Of a stretch of 50,514 nt of DNA, positions 8,735 through 16,429 are shown in pieces. The position numbers and the translations under genes are program-made. Source of the stretch: a virus. Taxonomy: Duplodnaviria; Heunggongvirae; Uroviricota; Caudoviricetes. Location of the stretch: the IMG/VR virus record IMGVR_UViG_3300037088_000797, positions 128,001 through 178,514 of that record; one strand, 5' to 3'. The notes beneath the pieces are model-generated. The model searched no databases. It was not told where the DNA came from and saw only the letters and a list, made by a program, of their open reading frames with translations. Every line of letters starts with the position of its first letter. Within the stretch, counting starts at the first letter, position 1.

Positions 8735-9156
8735 ATATACCTTTCCAATAAATCCCATGCTTCTCTATACACATGTGACTTTGGTTTTCTTTGTCTGGAT
8801 ACTTCTTCGTGTAATGTTATTGCACCTTCGTATGAATTAAAAATATCAACTGGCATAACATAAAACACATTTAAATCTGAAATAAAAATTACCGCAAAGT
8901 CAAAATCTTCGTTAGTGTATTTTTCTCGTTTCATTATACGTCTATTTGTTTTAGTACGTCTAACATCAACCAGATACACTCCCATTGTTTTCTCCCATGC
9001 TGATTTAACTTGTATCTTAACAAATTTTCCGTTAAGAACTATGACTAAATCATATGGTAATCTATCACCTACGGGAATCAAAACATCCCATCCTAATTTC
9101 AGTGCTTTTAACTGCACTTCTATTTCGGCAATATCTCCTTTCATTTTTGTATCCAT
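8725..9156 (-). CDS. Free-standing PD-(D/E)XK homing endonuclease, I-Ssp6803I-like (PDDEXK_5)
   Basis: MDTKMKGDIAE...GW.VL.P.GDRLPYDLV...K.QVKS.W...RRTKTNRR...DFDFAV...FYV.PVD.F.SY...RQRKP.S..YREAW matches I-Ssp6803I along its length as I recall it. The last 10 nt, including the stop codon, overlap the 5' end of the tRNA-Met. Confidence 0.9.
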   Translation of the reverse strand: MDTKMKGDIAEIEVQLKALKLGWDVLIPVGDRLPYDLVIVLNGKFVKIQVKSAWEKTMGVYLVDVRRTKTNRRIMKREKYTNEDFDFAVIFISDLNVFYVMPVDIFNSYEGAITLHEEVSRQRKPKSHVYREAWDLLERYIAG

Positions 9157-9169
9157 AAATCAAAGAACA
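9157..9169 (-). promoter_or_regulatory. boxA-like element directly before the endonuclease start codon
   Basis: TGTTCTTTGATTT-ATG. Confidence 0.4.
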
Positions 9170-9180
9170 TTTTATAAATT

Positions 9181-9306
9181 AAAAGGATAATTCGTTTGTT
9201 ATTTTTGTTTACAATGATGGGGTTTCGACACCCCGACCTTCTGCTTTGAATGCGGACGCTCTACACTGAGCTAATTATTTACTGTAATAACACACAGTTT
9301 CCTTTT
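9181..9306 (-). ncRNA. Y-RNA-like unit D with embedded D/anticodon(TCA)/T arms in normal order
   Basis: AAAAGGA/TCCTTTT, CTG/CGAAT loop, TGTTATT/AATAACA, TTACAGTAA. Cargo TAGCTCAGTGTAGAGC-G-TCCGC-ATTCAAA-GCAGA-AGGTC-GGGGT-GTCGAA-ACCCC. Confidence 0.7.
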
Positions 9307-9310
9307 TTTG

Positions 9311-9398
9311 TGGGGAAGGGTGATTTCGAGTCACCATACAACTGTTTTACTGACAATTTGCTGTAACCATTTTTTCTGTAAACACAATCAGTTCTCCA
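9311..9398 (-). ncRNA. Y-RNA-like unit E with a tRNA 3' half (anticodon GTA, T-arm, acceptor-like 3' end)
   Basis: TGGAGAA-CTG-ATTGTG-TTTACAG..., second TTACAGCAA, then ATTGT-CAGTAAA-ACAGT, TGTAT, GGTGA-CTCGAAA-TCACC, CTTCCCCA. Confidence 0.6.
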
Positions 9399-9546
9399 GT
9401 AAGGAGTATTACGATAGTATTTTTGAATTTTTATTTTCGCATACTTCCCCGTTTTAATATTCAATTTAAGTTTAATAGAAACCATCCGTTTGGAATGTCC
9501 AAGAAAAGTCATGCATAATAACGGCTACTTCATTTCTATTTAAAAC

Positions 9547-9607
9547 TTTTTAAAGAACGTTTGTCCTAAGACGATGCAAACATAATACGCATTTTTTTAA
9601 TATGCAA
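9547..9607 (-). promoter_or_regulatory. Bacteroidota-type promoter plus boxA at the head of the ncRNA operon
   Basis: TTG(9607-9605)-N20-TATGTTTG(9584-9577), then CGTTCTTTAAAAA at 9559-9547. Confidence 0.7.
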
Positions 9608-9713
9608 GTGTTTTCCAATTTATTTTTAAAAAAAATTTATATTTGTTTCAGTCGTAGTCGGATAAATAAATACGCAGTATGTTTAAAAAAGTTTCAAAAA
9701 TTATAAAATATTT

Positions 9714-11921
9714 TTATTTTTTTACTATGTCTGGTTGATGAAGTTCATGATTTCGTAATCTCTTAAATACGTCCACTTGATCAACTGGTGGGGCATCTGG
9801 GTCAATAAGTAATTCTGTCTTTTCAATCTCTTCTCTTCGTTCTTTTGTTAAAATTTCTACTGGAAGTTTGTGTTCTGGTGGCAAATATACTCTATTATTT
9901 TTATTAATTTCGTCATATTTTTGCACAACTGTTTCCACAATTATTTCTTTTGGTGGCGAGATATCTTCCAATTTTACTTCAGTTTCATTAACATTTGTTG
10001 TAAAAGTTTCTCCACTCCAGTCCAATAAACTATCATTTTTTATCTGTTTTTCATGAAAATCAGCTTCAGGATGAATATTTACACCCTCATTTACTCCCTC
10101 ACTTGCTCCCTCATTTACTCCCTCAATCTTTACAGTTTCATCAATTTCCAGTATATCATCTTTCTTTGTAGTCTCAATTGCAGTATTTTTTACACCATCA
10201 TTTACACCCTCAGTTACACCATCATTTACACCCTCAGTTTCATTCAATGTCTTTTGTGCAAAATCTACAATCTGTTTTAATTCTTCACTGTTTAACTCAC
10301 GAGTTGTACTAATATGTATATTTTCAATTGTTGTATTTTCAGTTTTAACTAATTTATCAAATTGTGTTAAATCAACAGGGTCATCCAATTTTATATGATC
10401 ATTAATGTCTGGAGCGTTCAATCTACCCATAAGACTTCCTTCACTATGCTTACTAATTATGGCATGCATTTCCAGATCAGATGATTTTTTCAATATTTCA
10501 TTTACAGTGTCATTAACTTTATTAACGTCATCTTCAGTTTGTTTTCTTAATGTTGTCTTTAAAGGATATCTCTTATCTTCAATATTAATTTGCATTGTAT
10601 CATTATTAAAGATACAATCAGTGAATGTTTGTCCATCTTGTGCAAACCTTGCTTTAATAATACGTATACTTGCAAGATTAGCTTCTTTTTGATCTGCAGT
10701 TTTAGCGACACTCATAAAGAAATGTGCTTTTTGCACCCTCTTAATGCTACCACCAGTCTGATATGCTTCCACGTATTCTGCATTAAAACCACTGCGATTA
10801 GTTTGTATTGCAGTCCAAGCAGGTATATCAAAATCTGCAGCCAGTGCTTCAAATGATTTTATAATTACAAGTTCTGCTTCGTTTCTATCAGGAGATTTTT
10901 TATGTGATTCAAGACAGTCAAGATAGTCAAGAACTAATATGTCAAATTTAATACCAAATTTCTTCTGGTAGCCAATCATCCACCTACGAATATCCATCAT
11001 AGTAGTATTTTCCTGACTAAATCTTTTTATAATAAGGTTACCTTTGCCAGACATATCAACTGCTTTCTCATGCGCAATCCTGTTAACTCTTATATTTTCA
11101 AATTCATCATCCAGTTTACTTAATGATGATTTTGCCCAGATAGTAAAGTGTTTACGTTGAATCTGTTCTTTAGTATCTTCGAATATAATCTGACAAACAT
11201 TCTTCTGATCGTCATATGCACTGTTAGCAATTACTGTAAGCATTGTTGTTTTTCCAACACCTGAAGGAGTTAATATTACACCAATTTCTTGTTTACCCAA
11301 ACCACCACCAGTTAAAGTATCAATAGCAAATATGCCTGTTGGAATCGTCTGACGAAACTCTTTTCTTAATGCATGTTCAATGTTATCAAATACGCTTATG
11401 CCATAATCTTCATCGTCACCAATATGTTGAACTTTATTGAATTTTTCTTCTATTAAAGCAATTGTTGTTTTCTTTCTGATATCACCATTCTTGGTTGAAG
11501 TTATTATGAATTCACCAGTTTTTCTATATTCTTGTTGCTTAATAAAATTAGTTGTTTCCCTTCTTACTACATCACCCTCATACAATATTTGTTTATTTAT
11601 AACCCTTTCATTCCATAGTTCAATCTTCTTAATTACCGCAAATAAAGATTCTTCCTCAATAATATTATTGGGAGTTTTATAAGTATTAATCGCTTGCTGT
11701 ATACTTTGATTTTGAAGATTTGGGACTTTTTCGTGTGCTTTGAAATATTCAAGAATTATAATAAAAAGTCTTTTAAGATATGGGTCATCAAAATATTCAA
11801 TAGCTAAGTTTGGAATTGTTTTTTCTGCAAACTCTGGTTCGACCAGTAATTGCCACATAAGACGTTGTTGAAATTCAGGACCTAAATAAGCACTTAGGGT
11901 ATGTTCGGTATTTTCAGCCAT
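9714..11921 (-). CDS. dnaB: Replicative DnaB/T4 gp41-like helicase with long acidic C-terminal tail
   Basis: IPTGI..ID...GGG, Walker A TPSGVGKT, Walker B LVLDYLD, WTAIQTNR, IIKARF. Confidence 0.9.
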   Translation of the reverse strand: MAENTEHTLSAYLGPEFQQRLMWQLLVEPEFAEKTIPNLAIEYFDDPYLKRLFIIILEYFKAHEKVPNLQNQSIQQAINTYKTPNNIIEEESLFAVIKKIELWNERVINKQILYEGDVVRRETTNFIKQQEYRKTGEFIITSTKNGDIRKKTTIALIEEKFNKVQHIGDDEDYGISVFDNIEHALRKEFRQTIPTGIFAIDTLTGGGLGKQEIGVILTPSGVGKTTMLTVIANSAYDDQKNVCQIIFEDTKEQIQRKHFTIWAKSSLSKLDDEFENIRVNRIAHEKAVDMSGKGNLIIKRFSQENTTMMDIRRWMIGYQKKFGIKFDILVLDYLDCLESHKKSPDRNEAELVIIKSFEALAADFDIPAWTAIQTNRSGFNAEYVEAYQTGGSIKRVQKAHFFMSVAKTADQKEANLASIRIIKARFAQDGQTFTDCIFNNDTMQINIEDKRYPLKTTLRKQTEDDVNKVNDTVNEILKKSSDLEMHAIISKHSEGSLMGRLNAPDINDHIKLDDPVDLTQFDKLVKTENTTIENIHISTTRELNSEELKQIVDFAQKTLNETEGVNDGVTEGVNDGVKNTAIETTKKDDILEIDETVKIEGVNEGASEGVNEGVNIHPEADFHEKQIKNDSLLDWSGETFTTNVNETEVKLEDISPPKEIIVETVVQKYDEINKNNRVYLPPEHKLPVEILTKERREEIEKTELLIDPDAPPVDQVDVFKRLRNHELHQPDIVKK
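10078..10235. repeat. 12-bp tandem repeats encoding EGVN/DGVN units in the helicase tail
   Basis: (T/G)TTAC(A/T)CC(A/C)TCA units in two blocks: EGVNDGVTEGVNDGV and EGVNEGASEGVNEGVN. Confidence 0.75.
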
Positions 11922-12035
11922 TTATATATAAAGTGTTAAAGAAGGCGGTTGCTGGAGAAAACATAAACACTAAACTAACCAACAATGGAAACAAAAAACA
12001 AGGAATTTCCAACAACCGCCTGTATTATTTATGAC

Positions 12036-12674
12036 TTAATTACGTTTAAGTCGTCTCAGCATTTCATCCCTTTTAGCAGGAGAAAGTTCTCTGATTTGAT
12101 TGATCGACATTCCTTTAATGTTGATCAAATCGTAATCGTCCCACATGTTTTTAACATCGGTATGTAAGATTTTACTTCTTATTGAATTTGCAATATCACA
12201 TACTTCGTCAACTATTTCAGTTGACCAACGTGCTATCGGATTAAAACCATCAACATAAAAAGTTCTTTCAACAATAGGTTTATTGTTGATGTAAAAACCA
12301 ATTTTACATTCAACGCCTCTGATTGTTTTTTCTTCAATCTGTTGAACTATTGGTTGGGGATTATAATACATCCCTTCTCTCTTCTCTTTTGGATATGTAT
12401 TGACCATTTTCTGGTGATATCCATAATAATCATACTCACGATTTATTACTAATTCAGGAGCGTCTGCATAGTGCTTAAGAGCAAATGTTGTGTAATTTCT
12501 ACGGGAAAGTGTCTTCTGCAGTCTGGTAATTGCCCTTGGCAATATCTCCCTGATATCGATTGAATATCTTGTGAAGGGATTAAACTGATCAGCATCAAAT
12601 ACTTTTTCGCATAACAGAACATCCTGTTGGGTTAGTGAAAACCTAAACATGTTACTATGATCTTTTTCGTTCAT
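12036..12674 (-). CDS. Hypothetical protein in the replication cluster
   Basis: 212 aa ORF with its own TATATTTG promoter box at 12708-12715. Confidence 0.7.
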   Translation of the reverse strand: MNEKDHSNMFRFSLTQQDVLLCEKVFDADQFNPFTRYSIDIREILPRAITRLQKTLSRRNYTTFALKHYADAPELVINREYDYYGYHQKMVNTYPKEKREGMYYNPQPIVQQIEEKTIRGVECKIGFYINNKPIVERTFYVDGFNPIARWSTEIVDEVCDIANSIRSKILHTDVKNMWDDYDLINIKGMSINQIRELSPAKRDEMLRRLKRN

Positions 12675-12744
12675 TTTTGTGATTTTTAAATTGTTAATAA
12701 CTCAATACAAATATAACTTGAAACTTCCATAAGCGGAAGTCTTT

Positions 12745-13797
12745 TTATAAATTTTTCCGTTTGTTCTTTCTTTCCTCTGCAATCAACTCTTTTTCAGCAG
12801 AAACCACAGTATAAAATGGTTCAATATAATTGACGTAGGTACTGCCATATGCCATCAAAAATTGGTCTTTATTTATTAATGGTAGCAAGTTTTTACTACC
12901 TCTGTCTTTCTCAGTTAAACATGTGTCTAAACCTCTTAATGCCTGAATTGCTTCTACTGTAAGCATTGGGTCTCTTAAATTTACTATTTGATAGTTGGTT
13001 TTAAGTCTTTCTATATTATTATATATGTTTTCAAGTGCTTTAAGTGGTTTCTTTTTATTTAAAACTCTTTTTTTATTAATTTCGTCTGCTTTTTGACATA
13101 TTTCTTTTACTGTCATATACCTAAATTTCAGTTCAGGAAAATGTTCTAAAAGAGTTTTTTCTTTAATACCACCAACACCAGCAACGTTATCAGAATCATC
13201 ACCACATATTATTTTTAATGTAAGTGCATTCAGATAATGATGATTAAAATACATTATATAATTATTTTTAGTTACTGGCTGATCAATGTTTGGAAATATG
13301 ATTGTTATATTTAAATCCAATAATTGTGCAAAATCCCTGTCGTTTGAATAAACAAAAAGTTCTTCTTTGTTATTATGTTGTATACAATATGCTGCAATGA
13401 GGTCATCTGCTTCGACATCATCCATTTCGATTTGTCTGAGAAATAATTCTTCAGCATATTCTTGTATTCTCATTCTTTGTTTTAATACTGACTGTTCTTT
13501 TTCTCTTTCTCTGCGAATTTCAGCAGCAGTCATTTCAATTTTTTTATGCCATTCTTTGGTTTTACGATTTTCTTTATAGGCATTATCAATACGGTGACGA
13601 TAAATCCCACCGCCTTCTCCATCCCATGCAAGTATTACTTTATTAATCATGTGTGCTTTAATAAGCATACGGACAGTTGTAAGGAACTGATACAAACCCC
13701 CAATGTGTCCAAAATTGGGAGTATATGTATCTTTCGCTCCATGATATGAACGCTGTAAAAGATAAGACGCATCAACTACTAACGTTCTTGTTTTCAT
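12745..13797 (-). CDS. 5'-3' flap exonuclease / T4 RNase H-like (Pol I 5' nuclease family)
   Basis: LVVDAS, AWDG, YKENR, VEADDLIA, SNDRDFAQL, GDDSDNVAGVGGIKEKT. Confidence 0.9.
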   Translation of the reverse strand: MKTRTLVVDASYLLQRSYHGAKDTYTPNFGHIGGLYQFLTTVRMLIKAHMINKVILAWDGEGGGIYRHRIDNAYKENRKTKEWHKKIEMTAAEIRREREKEQSVLKQRMRIQEYAEELFLRQIEMDDVEADDLIAAYCIQHNNKEELFVYSNDRDFAQLLDLNITIIFPNIDQPVTKNNYIMYFNHHYLNALTLKIICGDDSDNVAGVGGIKEKTLLEHFPELKFRYMTVKEICQKADEINKKRVLNKKKPLKALENIYNNIERLKTNYQIVNLRDPMLTVEAIQALRGLDTCLTEKDRGSKNLLPLINKDQFLMAYGSTYVNYIEPFYTVVSAEKELIAEERKNKRKNL

Positions 13798-14960
13798 TCT
13801 TCAGTAATATTTGTTACTTCTGCTTTTTGAATAAGATCATTATCATCACTAATAACATTTCCTTCTGCATCCATTGGTTTGGCTTTGATAGTTATATCAT
13901 CAGCAGTAATAGTATCATCTTCAAAAATATTTCGGAAGTGAAGTATGTTTTTCTTTTTATATTCTGCAACACTTGCATCATCACCATATATAAATCCATG
14001 TGGTGTTGAACCTATCTTTCCTTCTAATGAAATACCACCCTTTTCACCATCAATATGATTCTTAGCAATATTAACTTTATTTCTAAACCCAAAATTAACG
14101 TCTCTACTTTTACATGCTGCAGTTAATCTTTCAGTTCCGTGTGTAATAATACCACCAAAATTATAAATAAGTCTTGCTCCAAAGAACCAAGTTTCACCGC
14201 CTTTATGTTTAACAACTTTATTCATTGAATCGTACCAAATTTTCTGAACAGCACCAATTGTATTTGTGTATAGACTATCAGTTCTTCGACTATTGGGTAT
14301 TGTATTATTCAATATGGACATAAATGCTTTCTCATAAGCACCAGCATTCCACATATTATTATCACTATCATTCTTTTCAAGTGCATTGATTGTCTTGATA
14401 CAATTTAATGTACCAATAGAATCTATTGCAAAATACAAGTCAAACGGTAAATTACCTGCTGCTTGCTGGTCAATGAAATAATAAACACCTTTCGCCATAT
14501 CTTCAATAGCTGCTTCTTTTCTCTCTTTTTTTTCTGCTTTATCAAAGTTTTCAAGAAGAAATTTATTCTTAACCAAAATATAATCACCATTCCAGTCAAA
14601 ACCCATAAGAGTTAATCTTTCATTACCTTCATCAATGTTGTTTTCAGTATCAATTATAATTGGTAATACTCCCATTTTTTGTGCATTAACTATTGAACGC
14701 ATTAATGCTGTTGATTTACCAGTATTGGAATATCCACGAAATAGTGTTACGTATCCCTTTGGCACACCGGGCATGCCAGTCGCTTCTTGGAGTGCATCAT
14801 CAATCGGAATCCAAATAAGTGGTTTAGAGGGAACTTTTTCTGCTCCAATTTTTTTCTTATAATTATCCAATGAAAATGTTTTCTTGGCTACAGGTTTCCT
14901 TGTTTTATTATTATCAGGAACACTACTTTCTTCTGATAAATGTACTAATTCTTTTGCCAT
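13794..14960 (-). CDS. uvsX: RecA/UvsX-like recombinase
   Basis: GVPKGYVTLFRGYSNTGKST, IIIDTE, AIDSIG, KGGETWFF, KNH. Confidence 0.85.
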   Translation of the reverse strand: MAKELVHLSEESSVPDNNKTRKPVAKKTFSLDNYKKKIGAEKVPSKPLIWIPIDDALQEATGMPGVPKGYVTLFRGYSNTGKSTALMRSIVNAQKMGVLPIIIDTENNIDEGNERLTLMGFDWNGDYILVKNKFLLENFDKAEKKERKEAAIEDMAKGVYYFIDQQAAGNLPFDLYFAIDSIGTLNCIKTINALEKNDSDNNMWNAGAYEKAFMSILNNTIPNSRRTDSLYTNTIGAVQKIWYDSMNKVVKHKGGETWFFGARLIYNFGGIITHGTERLTAACKSRDVNFGFRNKVNIAKNHIDGEKGGISLEGKIGSTPHGFIYGDDASVAEYKKKNILHFRNIFEDDTITADDITIKAKPMDAEGNVISDDNDLIQKAEVTNITEE

Positions 14961-14988
14961 TTTAATTAAAATTGTTAATAAGATAATA

Positions 14989-15012
14989 AAGGGGAAACTT
15001 TCATTTCCCCCT
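14989..15012. terminator. Hairpin/terminator between ssb and recA
   Basis: AAGGGGAAA-N6-TTTCCCCTT. Confidence 0.55.
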
Positions 15013-15031
15013 TATTTTGTTTTAGTAATTT

Positions 15032-16291
15032 TTAGAAAGGAAGATCATCATACTCGTGATTATCGTTTTCACTTTCATTGCTCTTGTTTGTATCAGCTAC
15101 TGGAGCACCTGAAGTCACATTAACAACTGGTGCTTGTGCTGGAGCATTTTGTAATGCTGACTGTCCAACATTCACTGCATCGTCTTTGTATTCGCCAACT
15201 TTGTCAGGTGTAATGTTACTAATCGTAACCCTTGGATATTCTTCATCGATCAAATCAGATGCCTGTTCGAATGCTGCATCTTCATCTGCATCGAGATTAC
15301 GGGTACGAGTATTGGCTGCTTCTTCCAAGTCAGGACGACCCGGGAACACCCAATGTTTGTTGTTTGAATCAGTATCATCCCAATAAGGGTTAGTACCGTT
15401 TGCCACAGATTCAAGAAACTCGTAAGGTGGCATACCCGGTGCTTGTTTTGGTTTGAATACTTCTCTCCAATTGATGCTGTCTTCAAGCCATTCTTGCATA
15501 ACAAGATTGTCACCATGAAGCAATGATTTACCACGGAAAGTAATTGCAGAAATCTGCTTGTAAACATGACCATTGAATTCACTGTCAGACATGGTGATAC
15601 TTAAGTCAGTACCGTTTTTTGGGTCTGCAAAGTCTGCCTGATTAATCTCTGTGTATTCTCTAAGAATAGGAAGGAGTTTATCAAGTGTACCCTGATTTTT
15701 GAAGTTGTGTTTAAATCTCCAAAATTTAACACCGTCTTTTTCAGCACCTTTGTCAATACCACGAACAATGTAGAATTTCTTTGCTTCCCATTTGTTGGCT
15801 TCTGTAAAGATTGCTCTGTTTTTTTCGTAGATTACTAATTCGTCTGCGTTCAGAGTTTCTTTCTTTCTACCCTTTAATGATGGGTTTTGCTGTGCAAGTA
15901 ATTTCTTTGCTTTGTCGCATAATGGGCATGGAGCAGGAATCATAAGAGGTTGACCGTTTGTGTCAAATACTGGCTTTCCGTTTGCCACTTTCTGAACTTT
16001 AACGTCATTGTGAGCAGGACAGTAGATAACTGTGCCGTGTTTCTTTTTTCCGCCAGAAGCGTTGGTAGGTGCAACATGGAAGAATGCTTCTTCAATGTAT
16101 TTCTTACCTTGTTTTGGGGGAAGGATTCTGAAAATCTCTTTGTTTTTACGGGGAACGAAAAATTTCGCTAAGATTTCCTCTGATGTTTTGCGTTTTTTTT
16201 GATTTTGTTTGTTCTTAAAATCATCAAACTCTTTTCTCAATTGTGACAAATCTCCACCTTGTGGGTTTGTCTTTTCATTTGTGTTTTCCAT
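15032..16291 (-). CDS. Single-stranded DNA-binding protein, T4 gp32-like
   Basis: FRILPP, Zn ligands FFH/YCPAH/CPLC, DPKNGTDLSIT, acidic C-terminal tail ending DDLPF. Confidence 0.85.
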   Translation of the reverse strand: MENTNEKTNPQGGDLSQLRKEFDDFKNKQNQKKRKTSEEILAKFFVPRKNKEIFRILPPKQGKKYIEEAFFHVAPTNASGGKKKHGTVIYCPAHNDVKVQKVANGKPVFDTNGQPLMIPAPCPLCDKAKKLLAQQNPSLKGRKKETLNADELVIYEKNRAIFTEANKWEAKKFYIVRGIDKGAEKDGVKFWRFKHNFKNQGTLDKLLPILREYTEINQADFADPKNGTDLSITMSDSEFNGHVYKQISAITFRGKSLLHGDNLVMQEWLEDSINWREVFKPKQAPGMPPYEFLESVANGTNPYWDDTDSNNKHWVFPGRPDLEEAANTRTRNLDADEDAAFEQASDLIDEEYPRVTISNITPDKVGEYKDDAVNVGQSALQNAPAQAPVVNVTSGAPVADTNKSNESENDNHEYDDLPF

Positions 16292-16341
16292 TTTAATTTA
16301 ATTTACAGTAAAGTTATTTTTCAATTATAAAAATTGTGCTA

Positions 16342-16372
16342 CAAATATAGCCTTCATTTCTCATAAATACAA
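16342..16372 (-). promoter_or_regulatory. Bacteroidota-type promoter for ssb
   Basis: TTG-N20-TATATTTG, overlapped by a GTATTTAT motif. Confidence 0.65.
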
Positions 16373-16429
16373 GACTTTTTTTATTTAGTCTAAATAAAAA
16401 TAAGATTTTTTATAGAAAATGATAAAATT

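Noticed and set aside
8461-8774. Short ORFs 8461..8646(+) and 8571..8774(-)
   Set aside because: They overlap the tRNA-Met and structured RNA units and have no protein features.
8663-9180. Group I intron in the tRNA-Met gene
   Set aside because: The tRNA is contiguous, the endonuclease lies outside it, and no intron core is apparent.
9181-9306. Genome-wide TGA or TAG recoding
   Set aside because: Long genes are intact under code 11, and TGA/TAG act as stops at coupled gene junctions.
8054-9398. CRISPR array interpretation of the repeated units
   Set aside because: Repeats are degenerate and structure-conserved rather than identical, spacing is irregular, and no cas genes are present.
9279-9512. 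77 aa minus-strand ORF
   Set aside because: It runs through RNA units D and E. The RNA interpretation is better supported, although a leader peptide cannot be fully excluded.
12683-14981. TTATTAACAATTT motif upstream of several replication genes (also near 39912)
   Set aside because: Consistent with ordinary A/U-rich Bacteroidota translation-initiation regions, and too low in complexity to call an operator.
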